From Octopus vulgaris (Eukaryota): a DNA stretch of 64,000 bases. Shown piece after piece: positions 26,901-40,897 of the stretch; positions within the stretch are counted from its first letter, which is position 1; the number at the start of each line of letters is the position of its first letter. Below the pieces are notes generated by a model. The model was not told the DNA's origin, did not search any database, and saw only the letters and a list, made by a program, of their open reading frames with translations. The position numbers were made by a program, and so were the translations under genes. The stretch is taken from positions 196,664,001 through 196,728,000 of the forward strand of contig OX597814.1 in NCBI GenBank assembly GCA_951406725.2, written 5' to 3'.

Positions 26901-27586
26901 TCTAAACATAATTGAAAAGCTGTTAAAACAGCGTTGTTATAATAGAGTGTATCGTAGATATAAGAGAGTAGGATGTACATATATTCTCTTACAACTGTTT
27001 CCAGAATAGAAGCGCGTATGATTCATTTCTCAGTGGGTCGAAAATAGTCTTTCCGTATGTGAGCATACCGGTTTCATGTGAGAGAAAAATTGGAAAATTA
27101 GGTGATCTATAAGTCTGATTAATCTGAAACTCTGTGACGAATAAAAAAATAGATCAAATTTCAGAACAAGAAAGAAAACAAAAAAACAACTTATGCCGAA
27201 TTCTGACATCGTTGCAACCCCACTGACCTAAAAATCATTTCTTTAAGAAGATAAATTTTCCTAACCGCAAGACATATTAGAAAGTGTTTCATCTTTTTGT
27301 CATCACATCTTTCTATCTAACAAGCTACATACACATATATACCCGCATGTGTGCCTGAATGTACATGGAAATATTACTGTGCATAAACAGAGAATTCTAG
27401 ACAGTGATTCATATATAATCACTTACCAATGTAGTTATGCATATATAGATATCGATTTTTAATGACCTTTCATAAATCTCTAAAATTCTGGATGAATACT
27501 ACAAAATGGCTGAAGGATAGGAACGGTTTTAGAAAGGAATAACAATCTTTTGATGGTCAACACAATGAATATTTCAATAGTGCATA

Positions 27587-27622
<36 letters not shown>

Positions 27623-27824
27623 TGTATGTATGTATGTATGTATGTATGTATGTATGCACATACACACATACACACACGCACGCACACAATCACACACATA
27701 TATAACTAGAATTAAATATTAAGAAGCCTGGCTGTTAGTGAAGTAAACATATCTAAACGCATTAATATCTTATTTCAAATCCGCGATAAAGAAGACATGG
27801 AGTGAGTCTCATGATTCACTGCTT

Positions 27825-28015
27825 CTGTCGCATTATCCATAATCTTGTGGCTTCATCTGTTGCACTAACTGCACTTCGTATGTAAACAGGTTGACTCCTT
27901 CAACAAATTCGCTGGATTGACGCCCAAGACATCCCAACTTGTCGAGATCGCTTTGGAGTAGATGTACACGGAGCTTCTTCGATACTCTCCGTTACCCGCT
28001 CAACCACTGCATTCG
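27825..28015 (-). pseudogene. Degenerate Tc1/mariner (DUF4817/rosa-like) transposase fragment
   Basis: VVERVTESIEEAPCTSTPKRSRQVGMSWASIQRI / NLFTYEVQLVQQMKPQDY resembles the second-HTH motif V..SV...P.TS.R.RS.QLG.S..S.QRIL...L..YK.QLVQ.LKP.D. Confidence 0.65.
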
Positions 28016-28165
28016 ATTGTTTCAAAACTCTGAGTATGTCATGAGGTTCGCAAACATGCGTTCTACTCACGTGTCAAGTTTCATCAAAATCAATAAAACG
28101 ATTTGGGAGAAGTTAGCTAACAACTCCACTAACACACCTACAGGCAGAATTTCTCACATATGTAG

Positions 28166-28269
<104 letters not shown>

Positions 28270-28939
28270 GAGCCGAAGACGTAGCTGTATGGTAAGAAGG
28301 TTACTTCTCAAATACATGGGTCCAGTTTCAGTCCCACTGCGTGGCACCTTCAGCAAGTGTTTTCTACTATATCCACGCAAAAATACACACACACACACAC
28401 ACACACGTGGTGGGCTTCTTTAACTATCTATCTACCAAATCTATTCCCAAGCAATTGATCACCTTGAAGTCCTAGTAGAAAATACTTGCCGAATTTCATA
28501 CGTGGTTGGTAAACAAACTACCACACAGCCACGCATATGCTTATGATAGACATTCAGGATATATACTCCCCAGCGTCATTCTCCTTTCTATAGTCATTAA
28601 ATGCACTGCGCATTAAGGTTCATTTCCCTCGTTTTGTTCATAATTTCAGTTGAGCCTATGTCGAAATTTTTAGCATATATGTTCTAGCGAACGTTTCAAC
28701 AAATTAGGTTATTAACGAAATGAAGTCATTAGCACAATTATTTTAGAAGAAATGAATTGAGAGTCAACAGAACAGGTCAAAGAGAGGAGAAAAAAATCAT
28801 TTTATATCAAAACAAAAATTGCAGGTTGTTCCGCTCCGCTACTCATGGGTATTTGAAAATGATGTCAGCATAGTCTCTAATAATTGTAGTTGAAGGTGCC
28901 TTTCCATTTTTGCAATTCTTACAATTTCCATCAATATAT

Positions 28940-29139
28940 CGTTGTTGTTGTTACTGTTGATGATGATTATGATGATGACGATGACGATGACGACGACAAC
29001 GACGATGATGATGATAATAATGATGATGATGGGGCCATGAGATAATGATGACGATATGAGGATGAAGATTATGACGACAATCAAGGTCATGATAATGTCC
29101 GTGGTTCTGATCATCACCACCACCACCATCAGCATCATC

Positions 29140-29170
<31 letters not shown>

Positions 29171-29392
29171 CCACCATTACCAGGATCATTATTAACACCC
29201 TTGTAGCCACTGGCGACCTCGTCATCATCATCGTCATTCTCAGTCTCCTAATTGCCCCCACCATCACCACCACTACCACCAGCACTACCACCACCACAAT
29301 CTCACTCAACCTCACCTCCTCCTTCTCCTCTTCCTCCACTCCCTTCTCATCACTGTAATAATCATCATCATCATATCGATGACGTCGTCAGC
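28940..29392. repeat. Degenerate trinucleotide region: (GAT)n followed by (CAT/CAC)n
   Basis: Direct inspection; source of the spurious poly-I/M/T ORFs. Confidence 0.85.
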
Positions 29393-30321
29393 ATAATTTA
29401 TTGTGTTTTGTCTTCTTTATTGTTGTCTCAATGCCAACATTATTTCTCACCAATATGTACCTTCATTATCATCATTATAGTTATTACCATTAAAAACATT
29501 TGAATTTTTTTATTTTACCAAAATATTTAATCACCCAAACAATAATATGGAAATCTATTTTTGCGTTCATTTACAGCAATTATTGTTTTTAGCTTTCATC
29601 AAATTTGTTATAATTTTTCTTCCATTTTTACTACAGACATTTTTTTCTTTTTTTTTTTTGCAAAATTTCTGTAACTGAAAAATCATAATTCTAGACAATT
29701 AATATGAAATTACAGCATCAACTAAAATTCAAAATAAATTATGTTTTATATAATTTGAAGGCCTATTATAATAGAATATAATTGACTGTAGCATTAGACC
29801 TTTAACATATAGCGTATATTTGAACCTGGCGAGAGACAGGCAAAATAATTCCAATTTAGCTTGGAGCAAGGGCAGAATTCTGTCCCTCTGGTTTTCAAAT
29901 TTGGATTTGGATAAGATCATGTACTGAAAGAAGTCAAGTAACTTAAATTTGCAATCAAAATCCATTGTTCTCCTTATGAAAAAAGTTCGTTTTTTATGGG
30001 TTTTTTTTTGTTTTCGTTGAGTTCAACATTTTTTGTTTTCATTGAGTTCAACATTTTTTTGATGTCCTGCACCCATATATGCATCTAGTTGTTTTTGTTA
30101 AGCAACAAGACGGGTAAGGGTGATTAGGTGATGGTCTAGGGCTTAGGGGCAGGAGACCCCAGACCTTGGGGAAAAAAAACTGGTCGCCTTGTTGTAGTCG
30201 AGGGCTCTTCGTTGACGCCCGACGGCGGTCCTCGAATTCGCTGGAAATGGAGATCTCCAGGTCCAAATACTTGAACGGTTATATGCATGTATATATACAT
30301 ATATATGCAGGTATGTACACA

Positions 30322-30726
30322 TACTCTTTACTCTCTTTTACTTGTTTCAGTCATTTGACTGCAGCCATGCTGGAGCACCACCTTTAGTCGAGCAAATCGA
30401 CCCCGGGATTTATTCTTTGTAAGCCCAGTACTTATTCTATCGGTCTCTTTTGCCGAACCGCTAAGTGACGGGGACGTAAACACACCAGCATCGGTTGTCA
30501 ACCAATGCTAGAGGGACAAACACAGACACACAAACATATACACATACATATATACATATATACAACAGGCCTCTTTCAGTTTCCGTCTACCAAATCCACT
30601 CACAAGGCTTTGGTCGGCCCGAGGCTATAGCAAAAGACACTTGCCCATGATACCACGCAGTGGGACTGAACCCGGAACCATGTGGTTGGTTAGCAAGCTA
30701 CTTACCACACATCCACTCCTGCGCCT
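30322..30726 (-). mobile_element. Family B SINE
   Basis: Full consensus match. Confidence 0.9.
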
Positions 30727-31223
30727 GTATATACGTATGTATATATGCATATATTTATATTAATATATGATCGAACGCCAAGCATCCTTTTCCAAGAAAG
30801 TTTTAACTTAATAATTACGATGCGCACTCTTCTATCTCTACTATCTCTTCTCTGTCTATCCCTCTCCCTCTCTTGTTCTTCATCCTCTCTAATTTTCTCT
30901 CCCACCCTTCTCTATTCTCCTCTCCTCTTCACCGTTCCCTCTCTCTCACTGTTCCTCCTTTACTCTCTCGTCGCTGACACGTGACAAAAGGGAATCTATC
31001 TTTCTGCCCATTTCCTTCCTAAAGACAACACGTGCTTATACCAGCCTCCTCTCATAAGCTCGTCTTCCTAGCGTTCATAATAATTTTTCTATCGTCTTGG
31101 CTCAACAGCCCTCACCGTTTGTTTTTACTGCCTTGTTCTCACTGTCCTGTTCTTGTTACCACTTTCACCCTCCGCAAAAAATCCCAAATGCATATGTGTG
31201 TCTGTGTACATCCCCGATATACA

Positions 31224-31815
31224 CAGGAGTGGCTGTGTGGTAAGTAGCTTGTTTACCAACCACATGGTTCCGGGTTCAGTCCCACTGCGTGGCACCTTGG
31301 CCAAGTGTCTTCTGCTATAGCCTCGGGCCGACCAAAGCCTTGTGAGTGGATTTAATAGACGGAAACTGAAGGAAGCCCGTCGTATATATGTATATATATA
31401 TATATATGCGTGTGTGTGTTTGTGTGAGTGTGTTTGTCCCCCTAGCATTGCTTGACAACCGATGCTGGTGTGTTTATGTCCCCGTTACTTAGCGGTTCGG
31501 CAAAAGAGACCGATAGAATAAGTACTGGGCTTACAAAAGAATAAATCCCGGGGTCGAGTTGCTCGACTAAAGGCGGTGCTCCAGCATGGCCGCAGTCAAA
31601 TGACTGAAACAAGTAAAAGAGTAAAAGAGTAAAGAGTATATCTGTGTTTAAGTCCCTGTAACGTAGCGGTTCGTCAAAATAGACCGATAGAATAAGTATT
31701 AGGCTTAGAAACAATAAGTCCTAAAGATAGTATGATTCATTCGACTAAAATTTCTTCAGAGCAGTACCCCAGCTTGGCCGCAACCTAATGACTGGAACAA
31801 ACAAGTAGAAGATAA
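31224..31815 (+). mobile_element. Family B SINE (31224-31637) plus an older 3'-half copy
   Basis: Consensus match; the second partial copy runs TAGCGGTTCG...GACTGGAACAA. Confidence 0.85.
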
Positions 31816-31884
31816 AAGATCAAGCATGGAAACTAAAGGGTTGCATGAGGGGAATCTATTCAAGAAATAAACACGCAACACCAG

Positions 31885-31931
31885 CAGTGGCATTAGTTGT
31901 AGTAGTAGCGATGGTAGTAGTAGTAGTAGTG

Positions 31932-31970
<39 letters not shown>

Positions 31971-32420
31971 TAGGTGGTGGTGGTAGTGGTGCTGGTGGTG
32001 GTAGTAGTAGTAGTAGAAGTAGTAGTAATAGTGTTGGTAGTAGTAGTAGTATTAATACTAGTATTGGTGACCATGACATTGGTAGTGTCGTGATGGTGGT
32101 GATAGTGGTGGTCGTAGTGGTGTTGGTGGTATAAATGATGGTGGAGGTAGTGGTGGTAGTAGTAGTAGTGACCGTGATAGTGGTGGTGGTGGTGGTGGTG
32201 ATGGGTGTAGTAGCGAAAGTAGCATTAGTAGTATTAGTAATAGTATTGGTGGTGGTGGTGGTGGTGGTGGTGGTGGTGACGGTAGTAGTAGCGAAAGTAG
32301 CATTAGATGTATTAGTAGTAATAATGGTAGTGGTGGTGGTGGTAGTGGTGGTGGTGTAGTCGTAGGCGTAAGAGCATGAAATAGAGGTGGAGGTGACGTA
32401 TGAGGAGGAGGAGAAGAAGA
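31885..32420. repeat. (GTA/GTG)n low-complexity region with an internal ~70-bp duplication
   Basis: GTAGTAGCGAAAGTAGCATTAG occurs at ~32206 and ~32285. Confidence 0.85.
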
Positions 32421-32933
32421 GGAAGACAAAGAGAAAAAGGTGGAGCAAAAATAAATAAATAAATAAATAATAAATAAAAGAAATGTTATGTTTGGAAAGA
32501 AGAGAACGTAGAAACACGATCCCTCATTGAATTAGATCGATACTTAATCAATAACTAAATGCACGAAAAAAATAAAAACAAGAGTTATAAATACATACGA
32601 ACGTGTAATGTGTTTATCTAACCATATGAGACGAGACACCATACCATTTCTAGATACACAGACCAACGTAAACTGAATAAATACGAACACACAGAGAAAA
32701 ACAAAATGGTGGCCGAATAGTTACATTTACTGATCAATGAATCAAAGCGAGTTTCTGTGGAACCTGATGCACAATCAATCCCTCTGCTAGAAATAGCAAC
32801 TCAACTACATGTATGACGGATTATACTATACAGAGGTCCCTCGCCATATCACGGTTCGCCTATCACGGTTTATTATCTAAGCTTACATCGATTCCTCCGT
32901 GGTGTTGTTTTGCATTTATAATAAACTAAATCT

Positions 32934-33354
32934 ATACTCTTTTACTATTTTACTTGTTTCAGTCATTTGACTGCGGCCATGCTGGAGCACCGCCTTTAGT
33001 TGAGCAACTCGACCCCGGCACTTATTCTATTGTAAGCCCAGTACTTATTCTATCGGTCTATTTTGCCGAACCGCTAAGTAACGGGGACATAAACACACCA
33101 GCATCGGTTGTCAAGCAATGCTAGGGGACAAACACAGACACACAAACGCACACATGCATATATATATATATATATATATGTACATATATACGACGGGCTT
33201 CTTTCAGTTTCCGTCTATCAAATCCACTCACAAGGCTTTGGTCGGCCCGAGGCTATAGTAGAAGACATTTGCCCAAGGTGCCACGCAATGGGACTGAACC
33301 CGGAACCATGTAGTTGGAAGACAAGCTACTTACCACACAGCCACTCCTGCGCCT
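32934..33354 (-). mobile_element. Family B SINE nested in the MITE
   Basis: Full consensus match. Confidence 0.9.
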
Positions 33355-33404
33355 ATATATATGTAAATTATGAAAATAATTTTAAAATATACAGTACTGT
33401 TCTG

Positions 33405-33521
33405 TAGCCTGGCGCAGACATCTGGTTCGCCAGTCCCCAGTCAAATTGTTTAACCCATGCTAGCAAGGAAAGCGGACGTTAAAGATGATGATGATGAGGA
33501 GGAGGAGGAGGATGATGATGA
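33405..33521 (+). mobile_element. Short 3' end of an RTE-like LINE with a (GAT)n tail
   Basis: AACCCATGCTAGCAAGGAAAGCGGACGTTAAAGATGATGAT with apparent TSD TGT(T)TCTG. Family assignment is from memory of molluscan RTE 3' ends. Confidence 0.55.
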
Positions 33522-33654
33522 TGTTTCTGCTTCGCGGATTTTCACTTATCGCGGGTTATTTTGGAACGTAACACCCACAATAGTCAACAGTTTTCTATAC
33601 CTTTCTTTAAAAAGGTGGGGCACATTGGTTGGTGTAAGTCTGTTGGTTAAGAGA

Positions 33655-34190
33655 CGAGAGTTCCAAGTTTGACCAACGGAACAGCCTGCTCAAAACATTA
33701 ACATGCAAGTGGCTGAGTACTTCACAGACGCGCGTACCTATTTCTTTACTACCCACAAGGGGCTAAACACAGACAGGTCAAACAAGGACTGACAAACGGA
33801 TTAAGTCGATTATATCTACCCCAGTGCGTAACTGGTAGTTATTTAATCGACCCCGAAAGGATGAAAGGCAAAGTCGACCTAGGCGTAATTTGAACTCAGA
33901 ACGTAACGGCAGACGAAATACGGCTACGCATTTCGCCCGGCGCGCTAAGGTTTCTGCCAGCCTGCCGCCAGACGCGCGTATCCTTAATATAGTTCTCAGA
34001 GAGATTCAGGATGATACACTGATTGAGGCAACGTTGGCCCTTTGAATTACAGGTACTACCTACTTTTGCCAGCTGAGTGGACTGGAGCAACATGAAATAA
34101 AGTGTCTTGTTCTAAGAAGCAATACGCCGTCAGAAATTGAACTCAGGACCTTGCAACTATGATACCCTAACCACTAAGCTACACTCCACA
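33655..34190 (-). mobile_element. C-headed SINE with tail i, interrupted by a family A SINE (33739-33969)
   Basis: The insert is flanked by the TSD CAGACGCGCGTA. Confidence 0.8.
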
Positions 34191-34221
34191 CTGTTTTATG
34201 CAATTCTCAATGAAATAATCC

Positions 34222-34625
34222 TATTTCTTTATTGCCCACAAGGGGCTAAACACAGAGGGGACAAACAAGGACAGACAAAGGGATTAAGTCGATTATATCG
34301 ACCCCAGTGCGTAACTGGTACTTATTTAATCGACCCCGAAAGGATGAAAGGCAAAGTCGACCTCGGCGGAATTTGAACTCACAACGTAACGCAGGCGAAA
34401 TAATTATTTCTTTACTGCCCACAAGGGGCTAAACACAGAGAGGACAAACAAGGACAGAATAGGTATTAAGTCGATTACATCGACCCCAGTGCGTAACTGG
34501 TACTTAATTTATCGACCCCGAAAGGATGAAAGACAAAGTCGACCTCGGCGGAATTTGAACTCACAACGTAACGCAGATGAAATACCGCAATGCACTTCAC
34601 CTGGCATGCTAATGATTCTGCCAGA
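34222..34625 (-). mobile_element. Family A SINE dimer
   Basis: Two units joined tail-to-internal site at ~34397-34410. Confidence 0.85.
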
Positions 34626-35301
34626 ATGAAATAATCCTGAAAGAAGAAAGTGAACCTTTAGGTCTTCTGTTTAATCAACGCAGACTTGGCAGTAAACAAC
34701 ACGCAGGAATAGCAATAGTAAGACAAACAACAAAAATCGGGTTAGTCATGGTTGGAATGTATTCGATTGTATGTCTGGTCGATCAAAGCAGACGTAGATG
34801 GATGGTTAAACGAGAACGTTTTCCTCGAGAGAGCAAAAGCTAAATATTCAGTGAATACAAGCATTTTAAAGCTACAGTAAAACCTTCTAAATATAGATGA
34901 ATTATTTATACATTAAACTTAACATCTAGAAACCTCAAAATATACAAACGAAGAATATAGTTGGCATGGAATATAAGAAACAATATATAAAACAATAACG
35001 TCTTTAATAATATCTTTAGTGATTTATAGATATCTTAAAATTTACCAATCTAAATCACATTTAATGGAGACGAAGAAATTATAGGATTATAAAGTCAGGT
35101 AGTTTGAGTTAGTTTTTGTAGATAAATACGCATTAACAGATCACGTGATAGAAACCAAAGTAAGAATGATATAAGAGTAGTATTCTATATTAAATAAATA
35201 GTCCATGGAACTAAACAACTATTTTTTTTAGTAAAAGCATGAGAAATATATGAAATCGAATCCATACTAGATCATGAGTTAATGTTTCACACCCCTTAGG
35301 A

Positions 35302-35645
35302 GGAGACCCCCTTTCGGTCATGAATTACCATGGGATTGCACCTAGAAAGTTACCCTCTGAGGCACAAGTCCGGGCAAGATTGTTTGTGGAAGGCTAGCAG
35401 TCGCCCATGCATAACAGCCTCCTCTCTCCACACCACTGATGTTATCCAAGGGAAAAGGCAAAGGGGCCGATACAGCTTGGCACCAGTGATGTCGCAACTC
35501 ATTTCTACAGCTGAGTTAACTGGAGCGACGTGAAATAAAGTGTCTTGCTCAAGAACACAACGCACAGTCCGGTTCAGAGAATCGAACTCACAACCTGACG
35601 ATCGTAAGCTCGACGCTCTAACCACTGAGCCATGCGCCTTCACTT
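35302..35645 (-). mobile_element. C-headed SINE with tail type iv
   Basis: Matches the 19845 and 43001 copies. Confidence 0.85.
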
Positions 35646-37509
35646 CCAACCCCTTACTGCATGCGAAATCATTATATGCTAAACGAATTAAATTCCAGCG
35701 TTGCTGTTTTCCACCCTTCAGTAAAGTTGATTAGCATTAGTCCCTCACCTTATGCATTCCTCTCTTCATTACAATGGTAATATAAATTAATTGATATTTT
35801 AAAATTCTATCTTCCTTTTTTTATTTATTGCTCACTCCATTAAGCATGCCTGTACTCACTCAATTATCAGTTTTATGGCAATTTACACAAAACTGATACG
35901 AAAAAATAATGGAAAACCTGAACAAGACGAAAGGATGTTTTAAAATTAATTCAATATTTGATCAATGCCTAATTACGTACACAAAAATACGCTTCATATA
36001 TTGTTTTATACTTAGAAGAATATACTTAGTTTATTCTTAGCAGCTATTTCGAGAAGTTATGATTTTTTAAAGTCAAATCAGTTTGAATTTAGACAGAGAA
36101 CACTGAATCTATTCTAACATTACGTGTTGAGTGTTTGGTGAATACAGACGATTGTGTTGGTGCTGTAGCAATTAGCAAAGGAATTTCTACACATTCAAGA
36201 GCGTTTATATACCGACATCTATCCCTTATGGAAACTGTGGTAGAAAAATGGCATTTTATCCATAAAATCCTGATTTAAATGTTGACCATTGATATCGATA
36301 TAGTCCAGAGCAAATAAGGAAACTGCTATACAGTTGCTTGATCTGTAAGTAATTGCCGTTATATTCTCCCAAACGGCATCTTATTGCGTAAGAAACACAG
36401 ATGGACACATTAGAGATTATAAGTATGCAGAACGAAGAGCTGGTCATAGATGGAACGCTTTGATTTTAAATTTGTATGATCACAACTGATCTTGGGTTGA
36501 ACAACAACAGCAACAAAAACAACCAACTATGTTGTAACCCTGAAATTTGAACTTGATGAAAATCTAATATTATCAATATCTCTTTCAGAGATATAGCTTC
36601 AACTAAGCCGTAAAATGATATCTGGAATTGCCATTACCATTATTTAAACAAAAGACTAAACTTATACCAGAGTTGTTGATGTTGGACTCTCCTTACAAGC
36701 CCATATTACTAATGTTTAGTAACAGGAAATGGACATTAATATCATAAAATATTTTCGATTTTATATTGCGAAATATAAGAAGATATTAGAGATGGGAAGC
36801 GACGCTAAATTGTGAACTCAATTTACTGTAAATTTCCTGTTGTAATATACAATCGTCAAAAGAAATGTATTATCGTCCACTCTATAAAGAATATTTCTTT
36901 TCTGTGAAATAAATTACTATGACTTACAAAGATGATATACGGATAAATCAAATTAAATAAAGGATAGGATAAGAGGGAAAATTGTATTAACGCTTTATCA
37001 GATACAAATGATTGCATCAATGTCGGTGATAACATTCGAGAAGATACTTCGCTAAAAATGGGTCGATTATCGGTATCGTTTACATCCGAACAAGTATATT
37101 TGTTTCGATGATACAATCTGTGACAATATAGTTGTCAGAACCGATTAACGGATTGACTTCAATGAGCAAAGAATTGTTCTTTGAAGCCAATCTCTTAAGA
37201 AATCAGTGTTAATGAGGACTAAATTGATGTATGTCGTGTATAATTTGACAGCATTATATATCTGGATAAAAAGTAAATATGTATAAATTTAACAGAATTA
37301 AATTATGTTTATTTAAAGAAAAGCTTATAAATGAAATATTTCAACAGCAATAATGTTAGCAGTCTCGTCTTCTCAAATATCTTATATATTTCTAGATCCT
37401 ACCGTTTGGAAGACAGTTAGTGTAATACTGCCGTAAGATATTCTAGAATAAGTAAAGTTACCTGATTAATTATTTAGACGATATAACGAAATGCTTCCTT
37501 CATATTATA

Positions 37510-37903
37510 TCTTTATATATAAAAGTAAGGTTGTGTGTCTGTCTCCTACGATTTAGATTCCTAACTACTCCCACATTTAGCGGTGAAGTTTAACAAAAAC
37601 CGGGTATCTTATAGTCGTGATTCATATCAAGCCCTTCTGGGTATTAGCGCGCGTCTACGATGAGTCTACGATTTTAAAAATAATTTACCATCATTTTTTC
37701 CATTTTAATGCATTTTTTCGCTATTATATAAGGGAAGCAACTCTCTAAAAATGTCTACGATGAGTCAACGATTTAAAAAAAATTTACCACTTTTTGTTTC
37801 CATTTTTAATGCATTTTTTGCCTATTTTTTGGCTATAACTCTCTAAAAATGCTTTATAGTTATTTTCCGTACAAACCCGAGCAACGCCGGGCGATACTGC
37901 TAG
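37510..37903 (+). mobile_element. Non-autonomous Helitron-like element with internal duplication
   Basis: A|TC start, CCCGAGCAACGCCGGG hairpin and CTAG|T end; closely similar to the 26492 copy. Confidence 0.85.
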
Positions 37904-38699
37904 TTGCCAATAATATAAGAAGTTGCCAATAACACTATTACACCAAATTTTCATTTCTTTGCACAAAGGAATTTGATGTCTTGTTTTTGCCATTAAAGTC
38001 AGACGTAAAGAATGTCAGACGATATGTTTCATAGCAAAGAATCTTTATGTGGAAAAATGTCATATTAAATGTTATGTATAAATGTCATCTTATTGCATTA
38101 TTTGTATGAGCTTCTTGTGACAAACAGAACCAAATACTTTTGCTCTCTCGATGTAGAGAATTGTGCATCGTGTTTTCTTTTGTCTCAACGTCTAGACAAG
38201 AGATTAGTTAAGTAATTGTGGAGTGATTTGAAAGAAAGTCATGTTGATTAATTGATAAACGTTTATTTTAAGCTGAACGATTTAGAATAGTTTTTCTTAC
38301 ACTGGATTAAAATAATTTACTATACGTATTTAATAAACTAATTTGTCTGCAGTTTGTTTATGTTTTGTTTATACAACAGATGTTATTTAATATAAGTATG
38401 ACAACTATCTCAATTGATAGAAATGTGTGAGACAGAAGAGAGAAGAGAGATAGTATGAAGTTTCAGCTAAGACAAATGCAATTTTGTTAATACAGTTTTG
38501 TGAAATAGCAACAGAAGATTTTGGAGAAAGATAATTTAAATGACTGTACACCATTAGAGATGAGATGATGATATTTTAGTTCTTAGCGGACAAATTATTT
38601 CATTAAAATTTAGATAAATTCTATAGTCTCTCGTAAACACTGGAGAAGTATTATTATTAAATAGAATTGTTTTTCTAATAGTTGTTTAAAATAACAGAT

Positions 38700-39105
38700 A
38701 ATCGAAGTTCAGAGGCTGTCATAAGAAATAAGAATTACAGGATTTTATGTGAGTTCCTTTATACCTTCGAAATAAGAAGACTAGATATGGTTATAGACGA
38801 CAAGATAAACAAACAGAATAGGAATAAGGATTTTGCAGTACCATATATTGTCAGAAAACGAGACAGACAAAGAAAACGAGAAGTATCGGGGCCGAGCCAG
38901 AGAGATGAAAGGCAGTTTGGAAGACCAACACAATAATTATTCACGTAGTAATTGGTACAATTTACAAGCTGCTGTCCAAGAGGCTGAAGGATATTGGATT
39001 TGAGACTCGTATTGTCAACCTACAGAAAAATGCAGTCTTGTATTCGACAATAATCCTAAGTAAGATTCTAGAGATTTGAGAAGGCTTCTTTTCATTAAAC
39101 CGCAA
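38700..39105 (+). mobile_element. Old R4/Dong-like LINE 3' end (restriction-like endonuclease remnant)
   Basis: EIRRLDMVIDDK...KDFAVP and ...KRLKDIGFETRIVNLQKNAVLYSTIILSKILEI* parallel the RPD...ID...P motif and C-terminal tail; followed by (AAT/AAC)n. Confidence 0.7.
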
Positions 39106-39161
39106 ATAATAATCTTTCTAATTGCAATAATAATAACAACAATAACAACAACAACAACAAT

Positions 39162-39202
<41 letters not shown>

Positions 39203-39231
39203 AAACAAAAACAATAATAACAAAAATAATG

Positions 39232-39261
<30 letters not shown>

Positions 39262-39264
<3 letters not shown>

Positions 39265-39511
39265 GCGCCCTTTTAAAGCCTACCCAGGCTCATGGGCTCG
39301 GTTTCATGGTTTTGATTGGCGTATGTGTTCCCCAGCTGGACGGGACGCCAGTCCATCGCAACGTTACTGTTTTTGCCAGCTGAACGAACTGGAGCAACGT
39401 GAAATGAAGTGTTTTGCTCAAGAAGAACAACGCGTTCCCGGTCCAAGAAGCGAAACCACAAACTTACGATCATGGTGCTGACACCCTAACCACTAAACCA
39501 CGCGCCTCCAC
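39262..39511 (-). mobile_element. Family C SINE within the (AAT)n array
   Basis: Reverse complement of the 18979 copy. Confidence 0.9.
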
Positions 39512-39578
39512 AAATAATAATAACAACCACAACCACCACCACCACCACCACAACAACAACAACAACAACAACAACAGC

Positions 39579-39627
<49 letters not shown>

Positions 39628-39634
39628 GTAATAG

Positions 39635-39843
39635 TATTCAGACAAATACATAACAAAAACACCAGGACTTACAAACACATATAACATACAGAAAATTGCA
39701 CTACTAGGCACTGCACACATCCTACGCAGAACACTTTCCATACAATAACCATCGGAACATCACAACAAATCACAGCACATACCTAGGGCACACAGAGCTG
39801 CGCTCGGTAGTGAAGTGAAAGCACGCTATAAAAATAAAACTAC

Positions 39844-39845
<2 letters not shown>
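39635..39845 (+). mobile_element. R4/Dong-like LINE 3' end, 5'-truncated (~210 bp)
   Basis: Near-identical to the last 210 bp of 39903-40336; flanked by (AAT)n. Confidence 0.85.
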
Positions 39846-39902
<57 letters not shown>

Positions 39903-39903
<1 letters not shown>

Positions 39904-40336
39904 GAGAAATTAAGGCCAACAGACCAGATATAGTTGTCAGAGATCATGAAGAAAAAAAAATGCTTTCTAATTGATGTATCAATACCGGCAGATGACAACG
40001 TGTCTCTAAAAGAAATGGAGAAACTTTCAAAATACAAAGACCTGGAAATAGAGGTAACCAGAATGTGGAATCTAAAAACAGAAACAATTTCTATCATAGT
40101 AGGTGCATTAGGCATGATAAAAAATATTCAGACAAATACATAACAAAAACACCGGGACTTACAAACACATATAACATACAGAAAATTGCACTACTAGGCA
40201 CTGCACACATTCTACGCAGAACACTTTCCATACAATAACCATCAGAGCATCACAACAAATCACAGCACATACCTAAGGCACACAGAGCTGCCCTCGGTAG
40301 TGAAGTGAAAGCACGCTATAAAAATAAAACTACTGA
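39903..40336 (+). mobile_element. R4/Dong-like LINE 3' end encoding the PD-(D/E)xK endonuclease C-terminus
   Basis: REIKANRPDIVVRDHEEKK/CFLIDVSIPADDNVSLKEMEKLSKYKDLEIEVTRMW...IIVGALGMIK/...IQKIALLGTAHILRRTLSIQ*, with (AAT)n on both sides. Confidence 0.9.
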
Positions 40337-40339
40337 ATG

Positions 40340-40427
<88 letters not shown>

Positions 40428-40446
40428 TAATAATAATAATAATAAT

Positions 40447-40719
40447 GACACTTTCAATAGAGTGAAAATAAGAATCTCAAATGATAGTGCTCATGGGAAC
40501 TACCCATATCCTACGTAAAATATTGTAACCTCAAATTTTAAAACAAAATCATAACTGTTTTGTTTTCTTAAACAGTCTCTAGCACATCACTACGTACAAA
40601 ACCACATATATGACACCCTAGGCATAACGCCAACATGGATTTATAACTTGTTGTCTCTTGAGGTCACTGGGTGAGACTTGGCGCCAACTTGTACAAATAC
40701 AAAGCAAAAGTCAAATAAA

Positions 40720-40720
<1 letters not shown>
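40447..40720 (+). mobile_element. Third R4/Dong-like family 3' end
   Basis: QMIVLMGTTHILRKIL* is homologous to QKIALLGTAHILRRTL, with a different 3'UTR; flanked by (AAT)n and (ACT)n. Confidence 0.65.
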
Positions 40721-40803
<83 letters not shown>

Positions 40804-40866
40804 TAACAACACTAATATTAATAATAATAATAATGATAATAATAATAGTAATAACAACACTAATAA

Positions 40867-40897
<31 letters not shown>

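Larger units (their letters stand above)
32831..33597. mobile_element. pogo/Tigger-like MITE interrupted by a family B SINE and a LINE 3' end
   Basis: TA-CAG..TCCCTCG terminus; the flanking parts align in inverted orientation to the uninterrupted copy at 53662-53876. Confidence 0.75.

Noticed and set aside
27890-28033. Plus-strand exon-like segment (CTAAC...CAG| to |GTATGT)
   Set aside because: Stops in all three frames; the minus strand is better explained as a transposase remnant.
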